A stretch of DNA of 64,000 nucleotides from Minisyncoccota bacterium. GTDB lineage: Bacteria; Patescibacteriota; Minisyncoccia; Moranbacterales; UBA2206. Position 1 is the first letter of the stretch. Each line of letters opens with the position of its first letter. The stretch spans positions 1,772 to 65,771 of the forward strand of contig JARLIA010000009.1 of the NCBI GenBank assembly GCA_031291955.1, written 5' to 3'. Below the pieces are notes generated by a model. The model made no database searches. It worked only from the letters and a program-made list of their open reading frames with translations, and was not told the DNA's origin. Positions 1 to 9,510 of this stretch are shown piece by piece. Both the position numbers and the translations under genes were made by a program.

Positions 1-1678
1 AGAGATCAGGCGGCAAGGGCGCGCCGCTGGCTGCCAGGCGAGAAGCGCAGGCGGCTGCTTCGGCATAGTTTTTCTTATTCAGGTCCAGTTGAGCCAAGTC
101 ATAGAGCGCATCGGCGTAACCAGAATTAATATTAAGGGTTTTCCGCCAATTCTCGGCGGCGACATCCAACTTGCCTTGATTATAATAGAGTAGACCCAAG
201 TTGAAATAGACGGCGTCGTAACTAGGATTGACGGCAATCTCGGCTTGATATTCATCTTTGGCCGCCACATCCTGATGCCGACTGGCATCAATAAGGCCCA
301 GATTGTTATGAACCATCGGCTCTTTGGGATTGAGCGTTAAGGCTTTTTTAAAATTCGTCTCAGCCATATCCATGTTGCCGGCCATAAAATACATCGCCCC
401 CAAATTGTTATAGTTAAACGCGTAATCAGGAGCGGTGGCCACTGCGTTTTTCCAAAAACTGAGCTGGTCTTTGTAATAGCGGTTGCGATAAATAGTTACG
501 GAAGAAAAAATCAGAATAAGGATCGCCCCCAAAGCCAAATATTTTTTCTTATGCTTTTCGAAATCCAAAAATTTGAGCGATCCCAAACCCCAGAAGATGA
601 AAATAAATCCGAACATGGGAAGATAGATCCGGTTTTCGGAAAAATCCGCCACCGTGCCGGCGGGTTTGATCAAAGTGAGAACGATGAAGAGAAAAAACCA
701 AGCCGCGCCGAAAATTATCCAACGGTAATTTTTCTTCTTAGCCGAAACAAACCAACCAGCCAAAATGACCAAAGACAGAAAGCCGTAAAGCGAAGTCATA
801 TCTTGAAGAATCGGAAAAACCGATAGATTGAAAGGCAGAATGACTTTTCCTAAAGCAGGGACAAGAGCGGGAAGGTTTTGAAAGATGGACAGCCCGATAT
901 GATAATTAGCATTGCCGATAAAATTACCGAGCACCAAATGCCTCATTATGAACCAAAATAAAAGACCGCTCGTCCAGCCGGCGAGCAATATTCCATATCG
1001 CCTAACATTGACAAACAAATCCCTAAGGCCTTTGAAAATAACCAAGTACGCGACGCAAATAACCGGAAGAATAACAGCTGTTTCTTTGGTAAATAATGCC
1101 AGCAAGAAGAAAGCGAGATGACCGAAATAATATCTCCGGCGAGGATTTTTTAAGTACTCCAGAAAAAACAACAGGGATGGAAAAATAAAGATAGCCAACA
1201 ACGAATCGTTCCGGCCGGAAATGAAGGAAACTGTCTGAGCAGTCAGCGGATGAACGGCGAAAATCAAAGAAAGTATGAAGGAAAACGGACGACCTAAACC
1301 GAATTTTAAAAGCAGTTTGTACAGAAGGCAGATGGCGAAAATATGCAGAAGAAGATTAGAAAAGTGCGACATGAAAACGATCGCGCCCTGGCCAAATTGA
1401 GCATCCCACATAAAAGTCAGCCTTTCGATTGGACGATAAAACGATCCCGCGCCCGCGGGACTGCGAAAAATGTCTTCGCAAAAAGCCTGAAAAATATTCC
1501 CCAAATTCTGATTGAAAGCATAATCCCTTATCACTAAGACATTGTCATCCAGATAGACAATCCCATAAAATAACGTAGGAACATAAACAGCCAGGATAGC
1601 TAGCGCAATCCAAAAATATGGACGCCATGATTCTAAAAACATCCTGAAAAACCAATTGCCGACTTTTTGATTATCCAT
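1..1678 (-). CDS. TMTC-like GT-C membrane glycosyltransferase with C-terminal TPR repeats (3' end outside window)
   Basis: Not in ORF track. Manual translation from ATG 1678: MDNQKVGNWFFRMFLESWRPYFWIALAILAVYVPTLFYGIVYLDDNVLV. DD motif after first TM helix, many TM segments, TPR-like C-terminal region (ALYDLAQLDLNKKNYAEA). Frame checked at both ends and open at position 1. Confidence 0.75.
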   Translation of the reverse strand, partial: MDNQKVGNWFFRMFLESWRPYFWIALAILAVYVPTLFYGIVYLDDNVLVIRDYAFNQNLGNIFQAFCEDIFRSPAGAGSFYRPIERLTFMWDAQFGQGAIVFMSHFSNLLLHIFAICLLYKLLLKFGLGRPFSFILSLIFAVHPLTAQTVSFISGRNDSLLAIFIFPSLLFFLEYLKNPRRRYYFGHLAFFLLALFTKETAVILPVICVAYLVIFKGLRDLFVNVRRYGILLAGWTSGLLFWFIMRHLVLGNFIGNANYHIGLSIFQNLPALVPALGKVILPFNLSVFPILQDMTSLYGFLSLVILAGWFVSAKKKNYRWIIFGAAWFFLFIVLTLIKPAGTVADFSENRIYLPMFGFIFIFWGLGSLKFLDFEKHKKKYLALGAILILIFSSVTIYRNRYYKDQLSFWKNAVATAPDYAFNYNNLGAMYFMAGNMDMAETNFKKALTLNPKEPMVHNNLGLIDASRHQDVAAKDEYQAEIAVNPSYDAVYFNLGLLYYNQGKLDVAAENWRKTLNINSGYADALYDLAQLDLNKKNYAEAAACASRLAASGAPLPPDL

Positions 1679-2576
1679 TTTTTTGAGCAACGATCGTTAT
1701 CACTTCTCCCCAATCGAAAAAATATAAAATTAAATTTACCAAAAAGCACAGAGGGAAAAGCAAGACGAAAAGAAGGGTATGCAAATATATTTTCGGACCA
1801 AATTTTTCTCCGCCGAGCCAGCAGAAAAAGCAATCCTGGGAACCACTTATAAAATTAACCAGGCTTTGCGTCGAGGTAAACGTCGAATATTCCAAAGAAA
1901 AGGTGCGGATTTTTTCTATTTTAAAACCGTATTTCAAAAGTAAAGCGGAAAGAGCGGCGGGCGTGAAGAATGTCAGATGATGTTTCAAATCCAGGCCTAA
2001 CCAATATTTTTCAACCAATCTTCGGCTCCAGGCATTGAAATTTGGCACCTCGATGAGCAATCGGCCATTGTCAGAAAGTAGCTGACTTATTTTTTCCACA
2101 TATTCTTCCGGCTGATTCACATGTTCCAGAATGTGCCAAAGAGAAATCACATCGAAAGTCCGACTAAAATCAATCGCCAACAGATCGCGGTTGTATATTT
2201 CCAACCGCAGTTTCTCCCGGGAAAACCGGTAGGCCGGAAGAGATATTTGCGTACCGACGGCGGTTTCGTAGTGAAAATATTTCTTTAAAAAATACAGTGT
2301 CCATCCCCGGCCGGAACCGATATCTAAAATGCTTCGACTGTCAGATTTCAGGAGGAATATTTTTAAAGCCCTGACAAACCGAAAGGCCTTGACGACGCAT
2401 TCAATGCCGGCTCCGAACCGTCCGCCAGTATCTTCCTGATAATAATCCTGGTAAATTTCCGGGGCAAAACCGCGAATTTTCTGGGAAACAACAACCAATC
2501 CGCAATCTCGACAGCGACGAAGCTCAGCGCCCGAAATTTCCATGGCTACTTCATATTTTTCATGGCAACAAATCAT
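1671..2576 (-). CDS. Class I SAM-dependent methyltransferase with N-terminal CxxC motif
   Basis: ILDIGSGRG motif I, FDVISLWHILEHV, EVPN; CRDC near N-terminus. Confidence 0.85.
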   Translation of the reverse strand: MICCHEKYEVAMEISGAELRRCRDCGLVVVSQKIRGFAPEIYQDYYQEDTGGRFGAGIECVVKAFRFVRALKIFLLKSDSRSILDIGSGRGWTLYFLKKYFHYETAVGTQISLPAYRFSREKLRLEIYNRDLLAIDFSRTFDVISLWHILEHVNQPEEYVEKISQLLSDNGRLLIEVPNFNAWSRRLVEKYWLGLDLKHHLTFFTPAALSALLLKYGFKIEKIRTFSLEYSTFTSTQSLVNFISGSQDCFFCWLGGEKFGPKIYLHTLLFVLLFPLCFLVNLILYFFDWGEVITIVAQKNG

Positions 2577-2669
2577 ATTTTATTTTTATCTTTATGAAGC
2601 GCGCCGACGATCAACAAAATAATTTTCTAGTTTAGCCCAAGAAAACACACCGCTTCCAAATAATTCGAT

Positions 2670-3395
2670 TCACCCGATTGTGGAACGAAGGACTTTCTTC
2701 AAAAAAAATCCGACCGCCACCCCAAGAGTTAGAATTCCGTACTTTACGCTGGCCCCAAAATCAACCGACGAAGCTTCCGGGAAATACCGGACGGGTACCG
2801 GAATTTCCCCGATCGTGTAACCTTTTTCAATTATCTGGAACAGGGCCTGGCTGTCAAAGACAAAGCCGTCAGAATTGTTTTTGAAATTTATCGCTTCCAA
2901 AACGTCCCGATGGTATGCCCGTAGCCCGGTATGCCATTCGGATAAATTATACCCGCTCAAAACATTTTCCCAAAAAGTCAGGAATCGATTGCCGAAATAC
3001 TTATAAAGCGGCATTCCTCCAGCCAAAGCTTCTTTTCTGGACCGAATGCGGGAACCCAACATCACGTCCGCATATCCTTCCCGGATGAGTCCCACCAAAT
3101 ATTTCACCGCTTTCGGATCATATTGGTAGTCAGGATGGACCATAACGATTATGTCCGCCCCCTTGTCTAATGCCACTTGGTAGCAAGTTTTTTGGTTGGC
3201 GCCATAACCCCGATTGCTCGCGTGGCGGTGGACCGTGAGTCCCAACTTTTCGGCCAGCGCGGCCGTTTCATCCCGGCTGAAATCATCAACCAAAATAATT
3301 TCGTCAACGAGTTCGCGCGGCAAATCGGCGACGGTTTTCTCCAAAGTTTTGGCGGCGTTGTAGGCTGGCAGAACAACAACTGTTTTGAAGTTCAT
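2670..3395 (-). CDS. GT2 glycosyltransferase (DPM1/polyprenol-phosphate sugar synthase-like)
   Basis: VVLPAYN, LVDDFSRD, NRGYG, HPDYQYDP. Confidence 0.9.
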   Translation of the reverse strand: MNFKTVVVLPAYNAAKTLEKTVADLPRELVDEIILVDDFSRDETAALAEKLGLTVHRHASNRGYGANQKTCYQVALDKGADIIVMVHPDYQYDPKAVKYLVGLIREGYADVMLGSRIRSRKEALAGGMPLYKYFGNRFLTFWENVLSGYNLSEWHTGLRAYHRDVLEAINFKNNSDGFVFDSQALFQIIEKGYTIGEIPVPVRYFPEASSVDFGASVKYGILTLGVAVGFFLKKVLRSTIG

Positions 3396-3463
3396 AAAGT
3401 AAAAAGTTTTTAAATTTTCTTAATTTTACCACACAAACCACTTTTTATGCTAAAATAGTTTAT

Positions 3464-3637
3464 ATGAAAACCCTCATCTTTATCTTCATGTTCATTGGAT
3501 CATCGGCCGGCAGCTATGTGCCGGTACTTTGGGGCGCCGATCTTTTTTCGATGTCATCCGTGTTTTGGGGCGCTGTGGGCGGATTCGTCGGCATCTGGGC
3601 TGGCTGGAAGATGGCCCAAATTCTGGGGATCGAATAG
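3464..3637 (+). CDS. Small membrane protein (57 aa)
   Basis: Manual ORF MKTLIFIFMFIGSSAGSYVPVLWGADLFSMSSVFWGAVGGFVGIWAGWKMAQILGIE; two Gly-rich hydrophobic segments; TGnTAAAAT -10 element just upstream. Confidence 0.7.
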   Translation: MKTLIFIFMFIGSSAGSYVPVLWGADLFSMSSVFWGAVGGFVGIWAGWKMAQILGIE

Positions 3638-3751
3638 AAAAAACGATAAAATAAAAACTTCCTAACGGTGCTCCAGCGTCCTTTTTGTTTTTCCTAAAAT
3701 TATTTACCCGCTCGTTTGTATTATTTTCAAGATTTCGTATAATTTACAATC

Positions 3752-4600
3752 ATGGAAACTGCCGACGGACAACAAAACAACAAGCACGAAAATGGACCGC
3801 CGCCGAGAAAACAAACCCTCTCCAAGCTAGCCTATTTTTTTGGATTGGCTTTTATTTTGACAGTTATTTCTTCCCAATATTTACATCCAATTAAAAATCC
3901 ACTTGGTTCATTCCTTCTCATCTACGCCATTCCGGCCGTTTTTGTGACCATTGTTTCCGGCTTAGCTATCCTCAAAAAAGCTTTCCGTAATAACCTGGCC
4001 GCTATCGAATGGGGTCTTGCCAGCTGGGGAGTCCTTCTTTCGGGAAGCTACATCATCGACCTGTCTGTTTTCAATCTGCTGTTCGCTTTTGATCCTGGAG
4101 CTTTGGTGTCTCTCAATCGGTCTTTGCCTTTTTCCCATATCGGCCTTTCCCCCTGGTTCATGATCGCGCTATCACTTTTAGTCATCGGGCCAGCTGAAGA
4201 ATATCTTTTTCGCGGCTTTGTTTTTGGCGGCGCGCTCCGGGCCTTTCCCGAACAACATTGGCTGCTCTTAGCCGTTTTGGCCTCCGCCCTTTTCACCCTG
4301 GTCCACTTCTATTATTTTCTCATTTTCGGCCTGGCTTCCGGCATTATCCTGCCTGACATTTTCGCGATTGGCCTGGCCATGAGCGCCACTTATTATTTTT
4401 CTGGCGGAAATCTCCTGATCCCAATCCTCTTGCACGGCCTCTTTGATTCTTTCGGCTTTTTGAGTCTGGCTACCACTGGCGGTTTGGGAGAAAATATGCG
4501 CCTCTTCATGATCGGCGCCGGCCTTTTGATGGCTATTTACCTGGCCAGAAGAAGCTTTCTTCTGTCCAACCATCCTCCCACCTCGGCCTGGGAAACCTAA
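3752..4600 (+). CDS. CPBP/CAAX family intramembrane glutamic endopeptidase
   Basis: EEYLFRG, FTLVH, HGLFD motifs in a polytopic membrane protein. Confidence 0.85.
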   Translation: METADGQQNNKHENGPPPRKQTLSKLAYFFGLAFILTVISSQYLHPIKNPLGSFLLIYAIPAVFVTIVSGLAILKKAFRNNLAAIEWGLASWGVLLSGSYIIDLSVFNLLFAFDPGALVSLNRSLPFSHIGLSPWFMIALSLLVIGPAEEYLFRGFVFGGALRAFPEQHWLLLAVLASALFTLVHFYYFLIFGLASGIILPDIFAIGLAMSATYYFSGGNLLIPILLHGLFDSFGFLSLATTGGLGENMRLFMIGAGLLMAIYLARRSFLLSNHPPTSAWET

Positions 4601-4671
4601 AAAAATATTCCTTGCTAAAGCGGAATATTAAACAAGCACTCTTGGGAATAATTAGAATAATTCATAAAAAT

Positions 4672-5103
4672 ATGATTGAAAAAATTATAAAAACAGAAGA
4701 TGAATGGAAAAAAATTCTGACGCCTGAACAATATGAAGTCATGCGCAAACGCGGTACCGAGGCGGCTTTCTCCTGCCAATGGAAGAGATTAGGAAAAGGC
4801 GTTTATCATTGCGCCGCCTGCGATCTGCCGCTTTTCCGCAGTCAAGAAAAATTCGAATCCGGCACTGGCTGGCCAAGCTATTTCGGTCCAGTCGTACCGG
4901 AAAATATTTCGGAACAAAAGGACCTTTCTTTCGGGATGGAACGGACGGAGGTTCTTTGCGCCCGTTGCGACTCGCACCTCGGACACGTTTTTAACGACGG
5001 TCCGCCGCCCGCCCGCATCGCTACGCGAAGCGTTGCGGGCGGGCCGACAGGGAAAAGGTATTGCATCAATTCGGTAGCTTTGAAATTTAAGTCGGAAAAA
5101 TAA
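4672..5103 (+). CDS. msrB: Peptide-methionine (R)-S-oxide reductase MsrB, with a 12-aa in-frame insertion
   Basis: CAAC and CARC Zn ligands, SGTGWPS, HLGHVF, RYCINS; start taken at ATG 4672. Confidence 0.95.
   Translation: MIEKIIKTEDEWKKILTPEQYEVMRKRGTEAAFSCQWKRLGKGVYHCAACDLPLFRSQEKFESGTGWPSYFGPVVPENISEQKDLSFGMERTEVLCARCDSHLGHVFNDGPPPARIATRSVAGGPTGKRYCINSVALKFKSEK
5008..5043. repeat. 36-bp palindromic element inserted in frame in msrB
   Basis: cccgcccgca-t-cgct-a-cgcg-a-agcg-t-tgcgggcggg; removing it restores DGPPPTGKRYCINS. Confidence 0.85.
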
Positions 5104-5142
5104 AAGGGCAAGCAGTATACAATTATCCTCTTAAATAAAATT

Positions 5143-5688
5143 ATGAATACTAATAAAACTGAAATAGCCTACCTCGCCGGCGGTTGCTTTTGGTGTCTGG
5201 AGGCCGCGTATTCGCGTATTCGCGGCGTCGAATCTGTCGTTTCCGGCTACGCCGGCGGAAGCATTGAAAATCCGACTTATGAAGAAGTCTCAAGCGGTCG
5301 GACAGGTCACGCGGAAACGGTTGAAATCTCTTTTGATGCGGCCATTATAACTCTCCAAGAAATTCTGGAAATATTTTTTTCAATCCACAATCCGACCACT
5401 CCAAACCGCCAAGGCCACGACATCGGGTCGCAATACCGGTCGATGATTTTTTACACCGGCGAAACACAAGAGGAAACAGCGAAAAAAATTGTCCAAGAGC
5501 TGGCCGGGCAAAATATTTTTACCGCCCCGATCGTCACCGAGCTAAAGCCCCTCGAAAAATTCTGGCCGGCCGAAGAATATCACCAGCAATATTTCGCAAA
5601 AAATCCCGCGGCCGCTTATTGCCAGATCGTCATTAATCCGAAACTGGACCGCCTTAAGAAAAAATTTGGAAAATATTACAGAGATTAA
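5143..5688 (+). CDS. msrA: Peptide-methionine (S)-S-oxide reductase MsrA
   Basis: GGCFWC, GHAE, AEEYHQ. Confidence 0.95.
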   Translation: MNTNKTEIAYLAGGCFWCLEAAYSRIRGVESVVSGYAGGSIENPTYEEVSSGRTGHAETVEISFDAAIITLQEILEIFFSIHNPTTPNRQGHDIGSQYRSMIFYTGETQEETAKKIVQELAGQNIFTAPIVTELKPLEKFWPAEEYHQQYFAKNPAAAYCQIVINPKLDRLKKKFGKYYRD

Positions 5689-5793
5689 ATTCAAATAGCC
5701 AAAAGCTGTATCCAAAAAAACAAGACTTTCCTAGCCTTGTTTTTCTTTCCGTCCTTTCTGCGTTACAATATAGGTGCTAAGTTATAAATTTTT

Positions 5794-6357
5794 ATGCTTC
5801 CGGACGACAAAGAACTGATCGAAAAATATCTGGACGGAGACGACTCCGCTTTTTCGGAATTGCTGGATCTTTATCTGAAGCCGACATACAATTTTCTCTA
5901 CCGCTTCACTGGCAACGCGGCCGCGACCGACGATCTCACGCAAGAAACCTTCATCAAGGTTTGGAAAAATCTCAAGCGCTTTGACCGGGGGAAAAAATTC
6001 AAAACCTGGCTCTTCACCATTGCTAAAAACACCGCCTTTGATTATCTCAAAAAAAAGAAAACCATCCCCTTTTCCAGCTTCACTGGCGAAGAAGATAATA
6101 ACTATCTGGAAAACATCAGTGAAGATTCAGCTCTTCCTGATGAACTGCTGGAAAAAAAAGACCTGGCCGAAGAATTGGATGGAAAGCTAAAACAATTGCC
6201 CAAGCAATATGAATTGATTCTGGTTATGCGTTATAAAGACGATTTTTCACTCGCCGAAATTGCGGAAATTTTAGAACTGCCCTACAACACGGTCAAATCC
6301 CAACACGCCCGAGCGCTGGCCGGACTGAAAAAAATACTCGAGGACGGCAAGCCCTAA
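5794..6357 (+). CDS. ECF sigma factor
   Basis: DDLTQETFIKVW, FKTWLFTIAKN, region 4 SLAEIAEIL..NTVKS. Confidence 0.93.
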   Translation: MLPDDKELIEKYLDGDDSAFSELLDLYLKPTYNFLYRFTGNAAATDDLTQETFIKVWKNLKRFDRGKKFKTWLFTIAKNTAFDYLKKKKTIPFSSFTGEEDNNYLENISEDSALPDELLEKKDLAEELDGKLKQLPKQYELILVMRYKDDFSLAEIAEILELPYNTVKSQHARALAGLKKILEDGKP

Positions 6358-6373
6358 AAACGTCGGCCTTCCC

Positions 6374-6401
6374 GCACCCAAAAACCCCTGTGTCTCGTAT
6401 A
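6374..6401 (+). promoter_or_regulatory. Putative ECF promoter GCACC-N17-CGTATA
   Basis: Same motif and spacing as 6830-6857; ATG 6409 lies 7 nt downstream. Confidence 0.6.
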
Positions 6402-6408
6402 CATTAGT

Positions 6409-6825
6409 ATGAACGAAAAATTGCGCCACCTGATCCAGAATATGCCCGAGAAAGAACCGGCCGAAAAGCTCAAAACGGCCATTTTGACGCGGATTGAGCG
6501 GGAAAGAACCAGGGTCATCAAAAGAAAACTTTGGCTGTCATACGCAGCCATCGCGCTCTCGACGGCAGCCATCCTTTACGCCTTATTTACAGCTGGCAAC
6601 GCCTTGATCCACTCCGAATTCTGGAGCCTGGCCACCCTCACCTTCTCCGACGCCCTGACGGTGGCGCGTGACTGGAAGGATTTCCTTTATTCCCTTTTGG
6701 AAACTTTGCCGGTTTTCGACCTCTCGGCGCTCATTGTTCCAATCGCAGCCCTTTTCCTTTCTTTGAGTTTTTACGCTGGCATTCGGAATGATTTCCCGGG
6801 CAAGGGCTTCGGCAATCCAGCCTAA
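6409..6825 (+). CDS. Putative membrane anti-sigma factor
   Basis: Directly after ECF sigma; short soluble N-terminus followed by TM helices. Confidence 0.65.
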   Translation: MNEKLRHLIQNMPEKEPAEKLKTAILTRIERERTRVIKRKLWLSYAAIALSTAAILYALFTAGNALIHSEFWSLATLTFSDALTVARDWKDFLYSLLETLPVFDLSALIVPIAALFLSLSFYAGIRNDFPGKGFGNPA

Positions 6826-6829
6826 TATT

Positions 6830-6857
6830 GCAACAAATCGAGCTATGGCTGCGTATA
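6830..6857 (+). promoter_or_regulatory. Putative ECF promoter GCAAC-N17-CGTATA
   Basis: AAC in -35 and CGT in -10, typical of ECF promoters; upstream of efflux operon. Confidence 0.6.
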
Positions 6858-6913
6858 AATTCGGTCGAGCAATAATTTGCTAATTTTAATAATCAATCTA
6901 TTATATATATCAT

Positions 6914-7474
6914 ATGGAAAACCACACTCCCGGGAAAGAAACGAAACCCCTCACTCTCCAACCGGAAAAAAACAAGAAAGTCGACCACTCCAAGATTTAT
7001 CGAACAGCCGCTATTACCGTCGGCGCCATTTTCTTGGCTATTCTTATTTTCGCTGGCGGCGTGGTAGTCGGCCTCCGAAAGGCCCGCTTCTCCTACAGTT
7101 TCGGCCAGAATTATGAACGCAATTTTGTCGGTATGCGTGGACCCATCCGCGGCGGAATGACTCCCGAAGGTCCGGGCTTCCGCGACGCGCACGGACTGGC
7201 CGGCACCATCATTTCTGTCGCGGGTAACAATATCGTAGTCAAAGACCGGAGCGGTCAGGAAAACACCGTCAGCGCGACTGACAAAACACTTATTAAATAT
7301 CAAGGGAACAATCTGAAGATTGGCGATTTGAAACAGAACGAGCAGATTGTGATTTTAGGGCGTCCCAGTTCCAATGGTACCGTTAGCGCCGACCTGATTC
7401 GGGTTTTCGATAATCTTCCGCCGGACACCAATAATCAGGCAAGTAATAATCAAATTAACCCAAGTAACCAATAG
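6914..7474 (+). CDS. Membrane-anchored DUF5666-like (OB-fold) protein
   Basis: One TM, then GTIISV..DLKQNEQIVILG..VSADLIRV. Confidence 0.6.
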   Translation: MENHTPGKETKPLTLQPEKNKKVDHSKIYRTAAITVGAIFLAILIFAGGVVVGLRKARFSYSFGQNYERNFVGMRGPIRGGMTPEGPGFRDAHGLAGTIISVAGNNIVVKDRSGQENTVSATDKTLIKYQGNNLKIGDLKQNEQIVILGRPSSNGTVSADLIRVFDNLPPDTNNQASNNQINPSNQ

Positions 7475-7476
7475 CT

Positions 7477-8673
7477 ATGAAAAAGAAATCCTATGTGTAT
7501 TTGGCGATCGCTGTCTTCGCGGTAATCGCAGCTTACTACGGCTGGACTAAAACCCATTCCAACCAAAACCAAACCCAATACCGCACCGAAGCAGCCACAC
7601 AAGGCACCCTAGTTACTTCCGTGTCGGCTTCCGGCAACGTAGTCGTCAATACCAGCGCTTCGATCGACCCGGATATCACCGGCACCGTCGCTAGTTTAGC
7701 CGTTCAAGTTGGTGACCAGGTCAAATCCGGCCAGCCGCTTTTTACAATTGTCAATGATCAGCTGGGCGTCAGCGTTAGCCAGGCCCAATCTTCTTATCAA
7801 TCCGCAACGTCGTCTCTCATTTCCGCCCAAACCGGCATCACTTCCGCCAAAGCCAGCGAGAAAGACACCCAAAAAAGCACCACTTCCAACCATCAAGACA
7901 AACTGGCCGCCAGCGCCAAAGTCACTTCCGCCCGGGCTTCCGTGACATCTGCCGGGGAGAGCTTGGCCAGCGCTTCCGCCGATCTGGCTTACGCCCAACA
8001 GCAAGCGGCCAAGAGAAACGTCACTTCTCCAATCAACGGTACTGTCAACGTAGTCAACGTCAAAAACGGCGACGATTTGAGCCGCATCACTGGTTCCGGC
8101 TCTAACGCACAGGCGGCCATCGTTATCGGCGATATGTCCACTTTGAAAGCCCAGGTCCAAGTTAATGAAGTCGACATTTCTAACGTCAAGATCGGCCAAC
8201 CGGTTACCCTGACTTTCGACGCGCTTCCGGGTTTTACCGCCACCGGTAAAGTAGAAACGATGGATTCGCTCGGCACCGTTAGCTCCGGAGTGGTAACTTT
8301 CAATGTCACCGTCGGTTTTGATCATCTGGATTCGAAAATAAAGCCCGGCATGAGCGTTACCGCCGCCATCATCACCAGCACACAGCAGGATGTTGTCATG
8401 GTTCCGCTCGGCGCGGTTAAGACCGTAAATGGTCAATCTTCTGTCACCGTTCTCAAAAACGGCCAGCCTCAGCAAGTTTCCGTCCAGACCGGCGCGAGCA
8501 ATGATACTGACATTGTCATCACCAGCGGCGTTTCCACTGGCGACCAGGTGGTTACGCAAACAATCACTCCCGGCAGCGCCGCAACCTCAACAACTAGTAG
8601 CAGCTCTTCCGGCCGGAGCGGCGGTGCGACCAGGGGTGGCGGAGGCGGCGGATTAAGAATCTTCGGCGGATAA
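7477..8673 (+). CDS. MacA-like periplasmic adaptor (efflux MFP subunit)
   Basis: VSASG, VGDQVKSGQPL, SPINGTV, VNEVDISNVKIGQ, PGMS. Confidence 0.9.
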   Translation: MKKKSYVYLAIAVFAVIAAYYGWTKTHSNQNQTQYRTEAATQGTLVTSVSASGNVVVNTSASIDPDITGTVASLAVQVGDQVKSGQPLFTIVNDQLGVSVSQAQSSYQSATSSLISAQTGITSAKASEKDTQKSTTSNHQDKLAASAKVTSARASVTSAGESLASASADLAYAQQQAAKRNVTSPINGTVNVVNVKNGDDLSRITGSGSNAQAAIVIGDMSTLKAQVQVNEVDISNVKIGQPVTLTFDALPGFTATGKVETMDSLGTVSSGVVTFNVTVGFDHLDSKIKPGMSVTAAIITSTQQDVVMVPLGAVKTVNGQSSVTVLKNGQPQQVSVQTGASNDTDIVITSGVSTGDQVVTQTITPGSAATSTTSSSSSGRSGGATRGGGGGGLRIFGG

Positions 8674-8762
8674 AAACGCCAAATCAGTGCGAATGTCAGC
8701 CAATAAGAGCCCTCGGCTTTATTCAAACTCATTCGCTTTAATTAGCTCTACTTTTGCGACTT

Positions 8763-9476
8763 ATGATTGAATGCAACGACCTAGTTAAAATATATCGAAA
8801 CGGCGACGTGGAAACCAAAGCCTTGAAAGGGGTTTCTTTCAAGATTGAGGAGGGCGAATTCGTGGCCATCATCGGTCCATCCGGCTCGGGAAAATCGACG
8901 CTCATGCATATCCTGGGCGCGCTGGATACCCCCACTTCAGGAAAATACGTCTTAGACAGCCATGAAGTTTCGCGCTTGAACGACGATCAATTGTCCGACA
9001 TCCGGCGCAACAAGATCGGCTTCGTTTTTCAAGCTTTCAATCTTCTGCCCCGAACGACCGTGCTGCGAAACGTGATGCTGCCACTTCTCTATTCCGACAC
9101 ATCCGCCAAAGAGCGCGAACAAAGAGCGCGGGAATCTCTCCACTACGCCGGAATGGACGAAGATAAAATCAATAATCTTTCTAACCAACTTTCCGGCGGC
9201 CAGATGCAAAGAGTGGCTATTGCCAGAGCCTTGATCAATAATCCGGCCATCATCCTGGCGGATGAGCCGACCGGAAACCTCGACACCAAAACCAGCCAGA
9301 TTGTCATGCAAACCTTCCGGGAATTGAACGACAAAGGCCACACGATTGTTCTCATCACCCACGAGACGGATATCGCCAAATTCTCCGATCGGATCATTTC
9401 GATCCGGGACGGCGTGATTGAAAGCGACGTACGCAACGGCCGCAAAAATACCGTCGTTCAAAAGACCAAACAGTAA
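8763..9476 (+). CDS. ABC transporter ATP-binding protein (MacB/LolD type)
   Basis: GPSGSGKS, LSGGQ, ILADEPTGNLD. Confidence 0.95.
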   Translation: MIECNDLVKIYRNGDVETKALKGVSFKIEEGEFVAIIGPSGSGKSTLMHILGALDTPTSGKYVLDSHEVSRLNDDQLSDIRRNKIGFVFQAFNLLPRTTVLRNVMLPLLYSDTSAKEREQRARESLHYAGMDEDKINNLSNQLSGGQMQRVAIARALINNPAIILADEPTGNLDTKTSQIVMQTFRELNDKGHTIVLITHETDIAKFSDRIISIRDGVIESDVRNGRKNTVVQKTKQ

Positions 9477-9510
9477 AAGATAATTTATTCTTTATTTAAT
9501 CCCCTCTCCT

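Noticed and set aside
7696-8559. Long antisense ORFs (also 44568-45371, 60087-60821, 27082-27738)
   Set aside because: Shadows of well-supported genes on the opposite strand with no recognisable motifs.
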